DNA of 64,000 nucleotides from NCBI GenBank assembly GCA_964016885.1, contig OZ024740.1:418562001-418626000 (forward strand). The letters run 5' to 3'. This DNA is from Eledone cirrhosa (taxonomy: Eukaryota). Numbering within the stretch: position 1 is the first letter of the stretch; each line of letters starts with the position of its first letter. The notes under the pieces were generated by a model. It did no database searches. It was not told the DNA's origin and saw only the letters and a program-made list of their open reading frames with translations. The translations under genes were made by a program, and so were the position numbers. This document shows, piece by piece, positions 1-19,750 of the stretch.

Positions 1-76
1 TATGTATATATATGTATGTATATATATATATGTATGTATGTATGTATATGTATGTATATATATATATATATATATG

Positions 77-115
<39 letters not shown>

Positions 116-254
116 ATGTATATATATATATATATATGTATGTATATGTATGTATATGTATATGTATATATATATATGTATGTATATGTATATATGTATG
201 TATATGTATATATATATATATATGTATGTATATATATATATGTATGTATATATG

Positions 255-325
<71 letters not shown>

Positions 326-486
326 GTATATATATATATATATATGTATGTATGTGTATGTATGTATATATATATATATATGTATATATATATGTATGTA
401 TATGTATGTATATATATATATGTATATATGTATATATATATGTATGTATATGTATGTATATATATATATGTATATATGTATGTATG

Positions 487-517
<31 letters not shown>

Positions 518-594
518 ATGTATGTATATATATATATGTATATATGTATATATATATGTATGTATATGTATGTATATATATATATGTATATATG

Positions 595-661
<67 letters not shown>

Positions 662-668
662 ATGTATG

Positions 669-715
<47 letters not shown>

Positions 716-804
716 ATATATATATATATGTATGTATATGTATGTATATATATATATATGTATGTATATGTATGTATATATATATATATATATGTATATA
801 TATG

Positions 805-845
<41 letters not shown>

Positions 846-868
846 ATGTATGTATATATATATATATA
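1..868. repeat. (TA)n/(TATG)n microsatellite
   Basis: Pure TA/TATG runs; the Y/I/M/C ORFs here are artefacts. Confidence 0.98.
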
Positions 869-1016
869 ACTTTGAATAACTTTGTAATGTTTTGGCCAGT
901 ATTGGCCCAGGCCATGTCTAACTTAATAGCACCACCTGGCGAAGTCTTTCAATTCAGGATTTGGGCACCATGGCCCATTCGAGAAGAGAATTACTGTTTG
1001 CGGAGACATATCCGGG

Positions 1017-1627
<611 letters not shown>

Positions 1628-2026
1628 GTGGAGGCACATGGCTTAGTGGTTAGAGCATTGGGCTTGCAATCTAAAGGTTGGGAGTTCAATTCTCAGACCG
1701 GGTGATGTGTTGTTTCCTTGAGCAAGACACTTTATTTCACATTGCTCCAGTTTACTCAGCTGTAGAAATGAGATGATAGGGACTGGGGTCCCTATCATTC
1801 CACTGTAAAGTGGTCGTGGAGGTGCCACGGCAAAAAAGCACTCAGCCCACACTGTAAAGTGGTCGTGGAGGTGCCACGGCAAAAAAAGCACCCAGCACTC
1901 ACTGTAAATGAGGTTGGTGATAGGAAGGGCATCCAGCTGTAGAAATCAAGCCAGAATCAGTTCCCGTCCCACCCTTGCAAGCAGGGAAAAGCAGACGTAA
2001 AATGAAATGATGATGATGATGATGAT
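1628..2026 (+). mobile_element. Full-length tRNA-derived SINE (family S1) with RTE-type (GAT)n tail
   Basis: A box TGGCTTAGTGG 1639-1649, B box GTTCAATTC 1684-1692, ccttgagcaagacactt core, tail acccttgcaagcagggaaaag..cgtaaaatga(tga)n; five more copies in window. Confidence 0.9.
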
Positions 2027-2028
2027 AT

Positions 2029-2106
<78 letters not shown>

Positions 2107-2111
2107 GTATG

Positions 2112-2216
<105 letters not shown>

Positions 2217-2221
2217 GTATG

Positions 2222-2254
<33 letters not shown>

Positions 2255-2293
2255 GTATGTATATATATATATGTATGTATATATATATATATG

Positions 2294-2900
2294 TGTCAGG
2301 TCACCAGTTGGTGCTACTGGTAACATGTATCCCAGTACAACCTGTCCCATGGTCGGGTCGTTGGCGACTAAACTGGCAACCCCACCAAGGTTTCTTGGTG
2401 AGGAGGGTGACTTTGGACATCCTGCAGGACTAAAAACAAAACCTGTCAAAGGGCAAAGGAGCTCTTAAGAGTCAATGGCCATCCAAAATCACCGGGAGAG
2501 ATGACCCCTTAGCCTTTGTCAAGGCAGAATTCTAGGAGAAGGAAAACTCTGATATAACACCTGCAACCCTGATGGTATCCAATGATGTTGACTTGTTCTT
2601 CTTTTGGTAAATATCATCTTGGTTAAGAGAGTGGGACTGGCTTTGTGCAGTGCCTTTGCTCACTATAAAAGCTTCACGGCACAGGCATTGCTTTATATCT
2701 GGAGATCTCTCTGCACTTGTCGTCACATGGTACCATGGGCCCAGCACTATGTGTCAGTAATTGTCACAAGTGTAGTGTTTGTACCAGAGTTTTCAAGTCG
2801 CTGGCTGGACTAAAAAGTCACACTCGTTCAGCGCATCGGTAGGGGTTCTCCTACATGGATATAAAGTAGTGGCCGTACTCGAAAACTAGTTGGCAGCCAC
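2294..2900 (+). mobile_element. Non-autonomous retroposon (RTE-like 5' leader joined to a C2H2-encoding 3' end)
   Basis: Second copy at 23297-23907; 3' part reads HKCSVCTRVFKSLAGLKSHTRSAHR*; TA runs on both sides. Confidence 0.7.
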
Positions 2901-6132
<3,232 letters not shown>

Positions 6133-6332
6133 NNNNNNNNNNNNNNNNNNNNNNNNNNNNNNNNNNNNNNNNNNNNNNNNNNNNNNNNNNNNNNNNNNNN
6201 NNNNNNNNNNNNNNNNNNNNNNNNNNNNNNNNNNNNNNNNNNNNNNNNNNNNNNNNNNNNNNNNNNNNNNNNNNNNNNNNNNNNNNNNNNNNNNNNNNNN
6301 NNNNNNNNNNNNNNNNNNNNNNNNNNNNNNNN
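6133..6332. other. Assembly gap (200 N)
   Basis: Run of N. Confidence 1.
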
Positions 6333-6380
6333 TGCTGCTACTTATTGCACCAGAACACCGGCCACATGTAAAGTCTATGT

Positions 6381-7027
<647 letters not shown>

Positions 7028-8165
7028 ACTCTTTTACCTGTTTCAGCCATCCGGCTGAGGCCATGCTGGGGCACCGCCCTTGTTGCTACACATTTTATCT
7101 CCAGCCTGTATAGGTTGGCCACTGGTGTAGGAGGGAGTTTGTTGCTGCTGCCCTTAGGTTTCCCTCGTGTCTTGCTGTGGGCTCATCCGGGATCCTGGAT
7201 AACAAGGTGTCGAGATGTTTCTTAAAGACATCCACCTCCACGTCATGCAAGTCTCGCAGATGCCTCGGCAGCCTGTTGAAGAGTTGAGGGCCCTTGAATC
7301 CCAGGCTATTGCAATACCTGCTCCTTATTCTAGATGTGGAAGACGGGACCTTTGGCACCACACAGTGACGTCCTGTTCGACGGTTGGTCCAGCTCCCAAT
7401 GCCAAAGTTTGGTGCTAGTCCCTCCAGGATTTTCCACATGTAGATCACTGCGTATCTCTCCCGTCTTCGCTCCAAGGAGTAGAGGTTCAGTTCCTTCAGC
7501 CTCTCCCAGTAGCTTGTCTCCCTCATCTTGGCAATCCTCTTGGTGTAGCTTCGCTGGATTGCCTCAAGCTCTGTGGTTAGTTTGACACTATGGGGTGACC
7601 ACAGCTGGGAGCAGTAGTCCAGGCGGCTTAGGACAAAAGTCCTCCACAGTGTCAACATGGTGTCTCGATCTCTTGTAAGGAAAGTCCTCAAGATCCAGCC
7701 AGCGAATCGTCTACATGCTGTCGCCACCTTCATGATGTGTGAAGAAAAAGATGCATCATCGCTCATGTCTATGCCCAGGTCTCGTATCGATTTTGACACG
7801 GGGATATCGGTCCCTCCTGGTCCTGTGTAGCTGTGTTCCGCTATATTTGTGTTTGTGTTTGCAGGTTTGTATTGTAGGGCTTGAAATTTGCCAGCATTAA
7901 ACTGCATGTTGTTTTCTTCCGCCCATCTGTATATGGCATCCAGATCCTGCTGTAAGAGGGCAGCGTCAGCCGGGTTTTTGATTGCCTGTGCTACCTTAGT
8001 GTCATCAGCATAGCTAGTGAGGGATGTTGTTGCATGCACCACAGAGGGCATGTCCGAGAGAGCCACCAAAAACAGTAGTGGTCCCAGGACTGTCCCCTGA
8101 GGCACCCCACTTGTTATCGGTGTTTCCCTCGAGAGGGCCCCATTTGGTGCGACTGCCTGGCTTCT
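7028..8165 (-). mobile_element. 5'-truncated CR1/L2-group LINE (RT C-terminal half + short 3' tail)
   Basis: Open frame to stop at 7095 with [40 protein letters not shown]; tail gcggtgccccagcatggcc..gctgaaacaggtaaaagag. Confidence 0.9.
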
Positions 8166-8711
<546 letters not shown>

Positions 8712-11700
8712 TATCATCATCATCATCAACGTTTAACGTCCGTGTTCCACGCTTGCATGGGTTTGGACGGGGGGTAGTCCCACTTGAGGCAAGAGTGATT
8801 GTCTTGCTCGCATAGGACTGTCTGGCAGGTTTTCTACAGTTGCATGCCCTTCCTAACACCAACCACATTTACAGTGTGGGTCTGGGAGGTTTTTACCGTG
8901 TTGCCTACACGGCCACATTACAGCGTGGACTGTGTGTTTTTTTGTCGTGACACCTACACGATCTCATTTGTTTCGGCCTCGATGGCGCGGCACCAACATA
9001 ACTTTACACGGGGTGGTGTGGATCGGGTGAGGGTGGTGGTGGTGGGACGGGGTGTCTTTTGTTAGAGATGCCTACTGGTTGGAGTAGGTTTTACTATATA
9101 TTTAGGTAAGGCGGGTCTTCTCTGTTACTGAGTACCGCCAAAGGTCTCGGTCCAGTGACATTGTCTTGGAGAGGTGTAAGTGTGTGATGTCGGAGTTTAT
9201 CAGCTCGTCCCAGGTTTTTCTAGGTCTGCCTATTCCGTGACTACCGTCTATCTTTATTGCCCTGCACTTTGTTATACAGCTATCGACTTTCATGCGCATC
9301 ACGTGTCCATACCAACGTAGCCTTCTCTCGAGTAAACAACATCTGATCCCTCTTATCTCTAATTTTTTCCTTAGTTCGTTTATGCTTTGCCGTTCACGTA
9401 TATTACTGTTACACATCCAGCGGAGCATGCAAGCTTCGTTCCTCTCTAGTCTGCGTATATCCTCTGCACACAATGCCCAGGTCTCACTGCCATGCAGCAT
9501 TGCTGTTCGTATGCAGGCATCGTACAACCTGCCTTTCATTTTTAGTGAGAACCCTTTAGCAGCTAATAGTGGTATAAGCTCTCTGAACTTTTTCCAACCA
9601 GTTCTGACTCTAGCTACAGTACTTTCAGAGCACCCTCCCCCACTGCTGATTTTATCGCCCAGGTAACGGAAGCTGTCCACTATTTCTATAGAACCCTCTG
9701 CGCAATTGAAAGAGCTAGTAGTTTGTGGGCACTTGCTGCTACTTATTGCACCAGAGCACCGGCCACATGTAAAATCTATGTTCTTAGTTAGCTTACCTGT
9801 GATCCCACTACATCTTTTATGCACTCATACTTTGCATTTAGGACATAAAATGGAGTTTCTACCTACGCCTTTCCTACACACCGAGCACGACCATTTCCCA
9901 GAAGGGACCGCCGCCTTGTTTTCTTTCCTACAAACTAGTACTTTGGTCTTAGCCAGGTTAATTTTAAGTCCTTTTGACTCTAGGCCGTGCTTCCATGTTT
10001 GAAATTTCTTCTCTAGCTCGGCCATTGATTCCGCTATGAGTGTCAGGTCGTCTGCGTATAGGAGTTCCCATGGGCAGCCTGTCTTGAACTCCTCTGTTAT
10101 AGCCTGAAGGGCAATAATAAATAGTAGTGGGCTGAGAACAGAGCCCTGATGGACGCCAACTTTTACGCTAAACTCTTCACTATATTCGTTGTTAATTCTA
10201 ACCTTGCTGACTGTTTCTTTATACATCGCTTGTATAGCCCTCACAAGCCATTCGTCAACGCCTAGTTTTCTAAGAGCCCACCAGATAATGGAGCGGGGGA
10301 CTCTGTCGAAGGCTTTCTCCAAGTCGACAAAAGCTAAGTAGAGGGGTTTACCTTTAGCTAGGTACTTCTCCTGTAGTTGTTGTACTATGAAAAGAGCGTC
10401 TGTGGTACTTTTGCCTGACACAAACCCGAACTGCATTTCATCTAGGTCAATTCTCTCTCTGATTAGTTGCGCTATTACTTTTTCCGTGACCTTCATGACC
10501 TGGTCGATTAATTTAATGCCTCTATAGTTACTCCTATCTAGGGCGTCTCCTTTACCCTTATAACAGTTAACGATGATGCTGCTATGCCAGTCCTTCGGAA
10601 CAACCCCATTCTGTACGACTTGGTTAACTATGCGGGTGACCATGGTGTGTCCCACCGTGCCAGATGCCTTCAGCATCTCAGCAACTATTTCCGAAGGCCC
10701 AGCCGCCTTACCCGTCTTCATATCCTTGATTGCCTTACTTATTATACTCCCCTCGACTAACACTGCTGGTCCCTCTATTGGGTCGATATGGGGGAGACTG
10801 CCTTTCTCCCAATTATTCTCCTCATTTAGTAGCCTTTCATAGTGACACTTCCAAGCTACCTTCTTATCAGCGTCGGTGATAGCAAGTGTGCCATCGTCGT
10901 TTAGTACACACTTCTCCCCGACAATATCACGGTTTTCCTTGACGCATTGCCTAGCAATCCTGAACACCTCACGTTTTTGGTCATCGCGTTGTAGAACATG
11001 CTTGAACTTTCTTTCCTCAGCTTCCCTTCTTGCTAAGTACACTTGTCTCCTAGCTTCCCTCCTGGCCACTTGATAGTCCTCTCTACTTCCCCCATCCCGC
11101 CATACTTTCCAAGCCTGCTTATTGGCCTTAATTGACCCCTCCACCTTACTGTTCCACCACCATGTTACTCTCCTCCTGCCTACAGGCCTGCTCCAGCCAC
11201 AGACTTCGTCTGTCGCCAACAGCAGGTTTGCTTTCAGAAATTCCCACTCTCCCTCTATATTGTCCGACTCTAAATGTTCTTCCTTACTGTCGAAAGCATC
11301 AAGTAATATGCTTTGAAATTTATTCCTGGCTGTGGGGTCCTTTAGCTTCCATATTTTCCTCCTGAGGATAGTCCTCTTCTGTTGTCGAGTACGTCTCGTC
11401 CTGACTATGAGGTCGCTAATTATCAGTCTATGTTGGGAGGTGCATTCTTCATGGGGGAGGGATTTAGTGTTTACAACAGACACTCTGTCACGTCTTCTGG
11501 TAAGGATATAATCTACCTGGCTTGTGTGTTCCCCGGATCTATAGGTGATCAGGTGATTGTCACGTTTTTTGAAGTTAGTGTTACAGATAGTTAGGTTATT
11601 TGCATCACAGAATTCCAGGATTCTGGAGCCTTCCTCATTTCTAGTACCAAACCCATAGCCTCCATGGATTTCGTCGTAGCCGTCACAATGTTGTCCAACG

Positions 11701-12570
11701 TGACCATTTAGGTCGCCTGCGATAATTATATAGTCACTGTCGGATATTTGGGAGGTAGTTAGCATCAGTGTCTCATAGAATCTGTCTTTTATAGTGCCGG
11801 GCAGTCCGGATTGGGGTGCGTACGCAGATATTACTGTCACCGTAGTTCTATTGAGGACAAGTCTTATTTTAATTATTCTGTCGTTCACTCTATTTACGTC
11901 TATTATCTTATCTGCCCACTTTTCTGTTACCATGATTCCTACTCCACCCAGCCCATCGTAGTTTCCCACCCAGAAAAGCTTATAACATCGTTTTTTACCC
12001 TCAATGAATCTAGCAGACCCACCCCTCCACCTGGTCTCTTGAATACAACAAACATCGACCTCCTTACGTTCAAGCATTTCTACAACCTCGTTAGCGCGAC
12101 CCTTTAGGGTGCCTACATTTATGGTACCAACTCTGAAGTTTTGGGTTGCGTTTGGAGGGTGGGGGTGGTGGGGGGCGGGAGGAGATAGGGTTATGTTAGC
12201 CATCCGCGGACGAAACAAAGAGGAGTGCTCGCATTCTCGTCCACGAGGTGAATTTGACTTTAACTTTGGCATTTTCGCTCTGAGCGTCCAGATTTTTCTC
12301 TCCCTTCCACTCTCCAGGATTCCGCAGTCCGTCCGTCCATCCATCCATCCATCATATATCGAAGGCAACCGGGCAAGCGATAGTATAGGCCTCTGGCTTA
12401 TGATTTGGTCCGCGTAATAATAATAATGGTGATGCGTGGGGGTGGGGGGCTCTGGCTTATAATAATGATGGTGATGCGTGGGGGGGAGGGCTCTGGCTTC
12501 TGATTGGTCCACGTATTAAGTATGGTGGTGTGTTGGGGCGGGAGGGAGGGGTGTGGGGTAGCTAGCTGGA
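8712..12570 (-). mobile_element. Near full-length RTE-clade LINE, family A copy 1
   Basis: C-rich 5' leader, APE endonuclease (CIQETRW, ISAYAPQ, GDLNGH, DYIL, SQHRL), RT ([23 protein letters not shown]), RLRWYGHV, ~390-nt 3' UTR ending (GAT)n. Confidence 0.96.
9102..12272 (-). pseudogene. RTE EN-RT ORF (~1056 codons) with one in-frame TGA at 9825-9827
   Basis: ORFs 9825..12512 and 9102..9824 are contiguous in one frame; other copies have TGG (KVWVH); ATG of MPK at 12272 is conserved in copies 2 and 3. Confidence 0.9.
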
Positions 12571-12851
12571 AGGTTATGAATGTTTAACAAGCGATTTAAC
12601 AAAAAGCAAAACTGCAAGATTTGTTCTGTTCAATACGACAAAAACACCGTATTTAAACCCTAAATAGATAACAAAAAATACAGATTTCGGATTTTGCGAG
12701 ATTGGATGTTTGGACTATGTACGAAAATTGAGCGTGGAATAGATGGAGGAAAAATTTGTACTTTACGATTTACATGAGTACACCGTAGTAGGAAATAATT
12801 GAAGCAGCAGTGGATTGGCGAAAGTGAATAAACATGAAGGAGAACTTATCT

Positions 12852-12882
<31 letters not shown>

Positions 12883-13136
12883 AGCTAAGAGAGAGATAGA
12901 GGGGAAGAAAGAGAGGGGAGGAAGGGGGAGAGATATTGTGGCTGACCGCAGCCCCTCGTGGAGTAGCAGGAGGGTGAAGGGGTGGAGCGGATTTTTGACT
13001 TTCAAGTAGCATACTATATATATTTAAAGTAATTTATAAGTAGAATGGGAAGGATTTTGTTTTTTGTTTGAGAATACGATAGAATTAAGGAATTGGACGA
13101 TACGATAGAATTAAGAATGGGAAGGATTTTGTTTTT

Positions 13137-15161
<2,025 letters not shown>

Positions 15162-16580
15162 ATAGCAGCATCATCGTTAACTGTTATAAGGGTAAAGGAG
15201 ACGCCCTAGATAGGAGTAACTATAGAGGCATTAAATTAATCGACCAGGTCATGAAGGTCACGGAAAAAGTAATAGCGCAACTAATCAGAGAGAGAATTGA
15301 CCTAGATGAAATGCAGTTCGGGTTTGTGTCAGGCAAAAGCACCACAGACGCCCTTTTCATAGTACGACAACTACAGGAGAAGTACCTAGCTAAAGGTAGA
15401 CCCCTCTACTTAGCTTTTGTCAACCTGGAGAAAGCCTTCGACAGAGTCCCCCGCTCCATTATCTGGTGGGCTCTTAGAAAACTAGGCGTTGACGAATGGC
15501 TTGTGAGGGCTATACAAGCCATGTATAAAGAAACAGTCAGCAAGGTTAGAATTAACAACGAATATAGTGAAGAGTTTAGCGTAAAAGTTGGCGTCCATCA
15601 GGGCTCTGTTCTCAGCCCCCTACTATTTATTATTGCTCTTCAGGCTATAACAGAGGAGTTCAAGACAGGCTGCCCATGGGAACTCCTATACGCAGACGAC
15701 CTGACACTCATAGCGGAATCAATGGCCGAGCTAGAGAAGAAATTCCAAACATGGAAGCACGGCCTAGAGTCAAAAGGACTTAAAATTAACCTGGCTAAGA
15801 CCAAAGTTCTAGTTTGTAGGAAAGAAAACAAGGCGGCGGTCCCTTCTGGGAAATGGTCGTGCTCGGTGTGTAGGAAAGGCGTAGGTAGAAACTCCATTTT
15901 ATGTCCTAAATGCAAAGTATGGGTGCATAAAAGATGTAGTGGGATCACAGGTAAGCTAACTAAGAACATAGACTTTACATGTGGCCGGTGTTCTGGTGCA
16001 ATAAGTAGCAGCAAGTGCCCACAAAATACTAGCTCTTTCAATTGCGCAGAGGGTTCTATAGAAATAGTGGACAGCTTCCGTTACCTGGGCGATAAAATCA
16101 GCAGTGGGGGAGGGTGCTCTGAAAGTACTGTAGCTAGAGTCAGAACTGGTTGGAAAAAGTTCAGAGAGCTTATACCACTATTAGCTGCTAAAGGGTTCTC
16201 CCTAAAAATGAAAGGCAGGTTGTACGATGCCTGCATACGAACAGCAATGTTGCATGGTAGTGAGACCTGGGCATTGTGTGCAGAGGATATACGCAGACTA
16301 GAGAGGAACGAAGCTTGCACGCTCCGCTGGATGTGTAACAGTAATATACGCGAACGGCAAAGCATAAACGAACTAAGGAAAAAATTAGAGATAAGAGGGA
16401 TCAGATGTTGTTTACTCGAGAGAAGGCTGCGTTGGTATGGACACGTGATGCGCATGAAAGTCGATAGCTGTATAACAAAGTGCAGGGCAATAAAGATAGA
16501 CGGTAGCCACGGAATAGGCAGACCTAGAAAAACATGGGATGAGCTGATAAACTCCGACATCACACACTTACACCTCTCCA
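15162..16580 (+). mobile_element. RTE family A copy 2, RT/PHD/C-terminal segment (inverted part)
   Basis: Open frame [12 protein letters not shown]...THLHLS, nearly identical to copy 1. Confidence 0.95.
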
Positions 16581-17375
16581 TTTAGGTCGCCTGCGATAAT
16601 TATATAGTCACTGTCAGATATTTGGGAGGTAGTTAGCATCAGTGTCTCATAGAATCTGTCTTTTATAGTGCCGGGCAGTCCGGATTGGGGTGCGTACGCA
16701 GATATTACTGTCACCGTAGTTCTATTGAGGACAAGTCGTATTTTAATTATTCTGTCGTTCACTCTATTTACGTCTATTATCTTATCTGCCCACTTTTCTG
16801 CTACCATGATTCCTACTCCACCCAGCCCATCGTCGTTTCCCACCCAGAAAGGCTTATAACATCGTTTTTTACCCTCAATGAACCTGGTAGACCCACCCCT
16901 CCACCTGGTCTCTTGAATACAACAAACATCGACCTCCTTACGTTCAAGCATTTCTACAACCTCGTTAGTGCGACCCTTTAGGGTGCCTACATTTATGGTA
17001 CCAACTCTGAAGTTTTGGATTGCGTTTGGGGGTTGGGGGGCGGTGGGGGGCGGGAGGCGATGGGGTTATGTTAGCCGTCCGCGGTCGAAACAATGAGTGC
17101 TCGCATTCTCGTCCAAGAGGTGAATTTGTCTTTATCTTTGGCATTGTCGTTTGAGCGTCCAGATTTTTCTCTCTCTCCTCCACTCTCCAGGATTCCGCAG
17201 TCCATCCATCCATCATATATCGAAAGGCAACCAGGCAAGCGATAGTATAGGCCTCTGGCTTCTGATTGGTCCGCGTAATAATACTGGTGATGCGTGGGGG
17301 CTCTGTTTTATGATTGGTCCACGTAATAGCAATGGTGGTGCGTGGAGGTGGGAGGGGTGTTGGGTAGCTAGATAG
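16578..17375 (-). mobile_element. RTE family A copy 2, 5' leader + N-terminal endonuclease
   Basis: MPKIKTNSP, CIQETRW, GDLNG; joins the + segment at a shared CCA. Confidence 0.93.
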
Positions 17376-17585
17376 AAGGTAATGATGGATTAGAGACAGC
17401 AAGCAATGAAATTTGGCGAAGTGAATTCCTATCATATATATATAGAGAGAGAGAGGGGGGGGGGGTTGGCCGCATGATGGTTGTGTGTGTTAGGCGTTTG
17501 ACCGCCCCATGCCTTCGAAGAAGGAAGAAGGAAAGGATTTTGTTTATATATATATATATTATATATATATATATGGCACCTTTGA

Positions 17586-17616
<31 letters not shown>

Positions 17617-17672
17617 TTCGTTTCTGAATTTGTTTAGCAAGATTCTTTATCTGAAAACGTGTGTTGAAACCG

Positions 17673-18194
17673 ATATTGTTATACTTTGGGAGGGTCATGT
17701 TGCCAATAAGAAACACACGCACCAGTTGCTTTCACTTCAATTTATTATAATAAATTTATAAATTTCCGGTTGGTTGGTTGGTTCCATAATCAGATGGTTG
17801 GTTATATATTGTCAAAGTTCTTTCGTCACACATTCTGTGACCTCTTCAGTGACTGGGGATTCTTTTCTTTGTTTTTGTGCCTCTCCTTTGTTCTGTCCTA
17901 CGCCATTTTGAAACAAAATGGCGTAGGACAGAACAAAGCAGAGGCACAAAAACAAAATGGCGTAGGATAGAACAAAGGAAAGGCACAAAAACAAAGAAAA
18001 GAATCCCCAGTCACTGAAGAGGTCACAGAATGTGTGACGAAAGAACTTTGACAATATATAAACAACCATCTGATTATGGAACCAACCAACCGGAAATTTA
18101 TAAATTCCTAAATTTATAAATTTATTATAATAAATTGAAGTGAAAGCAACTGGTGCATGTGTTTCTTATTGGCAACATGACCCTCCCAAAGTAT

Positions 18195-18202
<8 letters not shown>
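17673..18202. repeat. 530-bp near-perfect foldback (MITE-like palindrome)
   Basis: Arms atattgttatactttgggaggg... / ...ccctcccaaagtataacaatat; 3-nt AAA loop at 17911-17913. Confidence 0.93.
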
Positions 18203-18260
<58 letters not shown>

Positions 18261-18365
18261 ATGTGGTTGACGGCTGAGAGAAAAGAGTACTCAATACCGC
18301 AATGATAAACTCCAGAGTAACAAGACTTATAATTCAACCTTAATAAAATGAATAATAAATATAAA

Positions 18366-18443
18366 TAGAGGGTGTCCCCTCAAAATGCATACATATTTCA
18401 ACATTCTAGTAAATATGTGTATACATTTTTCGGACATACTGTA
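18366..18443. mobile_element. Degenerate mini Tc1/mariner-type MITE
   Basis: Imperfect TIRs tagagggtgtcc..aaaatgcatacat / atgtgtatacatttttcggacatactgta. Confidence 0.4.
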
Positions 18444-19750
18444 TATATGAATAGAGAGAGACTAGAAAATGTACATTTTGGGCAACCTGTCAGGAATGTC
18501 GCACCCCACAATGAAACCTGCTACAAATGAGTAGTGTAAATCAATACAGCAAATAAATTAACATTGTCAGCGTGCATGTGTGTGTGAGTTTACATGTACA
18601 TGTGTGTGTGAGTGTACGTGTGCGTGTGTACTGATGTGTACGTGTGACCAAATAAAATTTACACACAAACATTCGCGCACAGGCAATCCACACACATCTA
18701 CAGACATACACTCATACATCAACAGGCTTTACACACACACATCTACAGGAATCACACAGACACATACATCTACAGGAATCACACACAGACACACATCTAC
18801 AGGCTTTACACACACACATATACATACCTACAAGCATTATACACACTAATGTATAGAGTCAATCCACCAGCACACTCACATAGAGACAAGCACATACATT
18901 TACAGACACACATCCAGCTTGAGTGGACAGACAGAAAGCTAAGTTGATAGACAACTGGGAATTTAAGTGAGGATGAAAGTAGTGAACTATAGACAGATCC
19001 AATCATTCTAGAGTCTTAACAACACCCACCTCATTGATAATATGGCTGCTCAGCATGGGCCCTTACCTCAGAACTGTTAAGAAGTTTAGATGGAGCAGAG
19101 TGGCTTTCAATGTCACTTGGAGAGATTGTCTGGCTAGTGAGTGACTATAGGAACCTTTGTCCAGTATCAGACATCATCAAAGAGTGTAGTCAGATTTTCA
19201 GGACATTGCTGGAGAGTTAAAGACGAACCTACACGAGGAAGAGTAGAGCATGACAAGCCAAGACCCATATCAAGTAGATTTGTAATGACATAATCTACAA
19301 TCTGTGTAACATGTTGAATATGATTAGCAATAGAATTGGATGGCAAGTCAAGAGAATCTGTGCAAGTAGTGTGACCTAGCAGATTTGTGATGCAATCTCT
19401 CTAACCTGCCAAATATGATGAGCAATAGAATTGGATGGTGTCATGGGAATTCTTGCAAACCTATTGATTGATAATTGAATATATAGAATAGAAAACTTGA
19501 GAATAATCAATAGTTCCAATTAACAACAACAACAAAATAATAATCATGGTTTCTAATTTTGACACCAGGCAAACATTTGGTGTTGGGGGTGTCTGAGCAG
19601 TGAAATTGCACCCCATTTTAGTTTTACCTATGGGCCTTAATAAAGATTTAATGATCCAGCAACCAAAGTACTTCTCACTCATGATAAACAGATCACACAT
19701 CTGAAGAAGTTTCAGTTTTCACTCTCCAACCATAGCATATCTGACTTCAA

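Noticed and set aside
1628-1700. tRNA gene
   Set aside because: No acceptor stem or T-run terminator; continues into a multi-copy SINE body
9292-11594. Antisense ORFs over RTE copies
   Set aside because: Shadow frames of the LINE ORF
12273-12512. His/Tyr/Pro-rich N-terminal extension of RTE ORF
   Set aside because: GTG start within 5' leader monomers; frame not conserved in copies 2 and 3
18690-18830. HTSTG-repeat ORF
   Set aside because: Short CA-rich minisatellite (acacatctacagg units)
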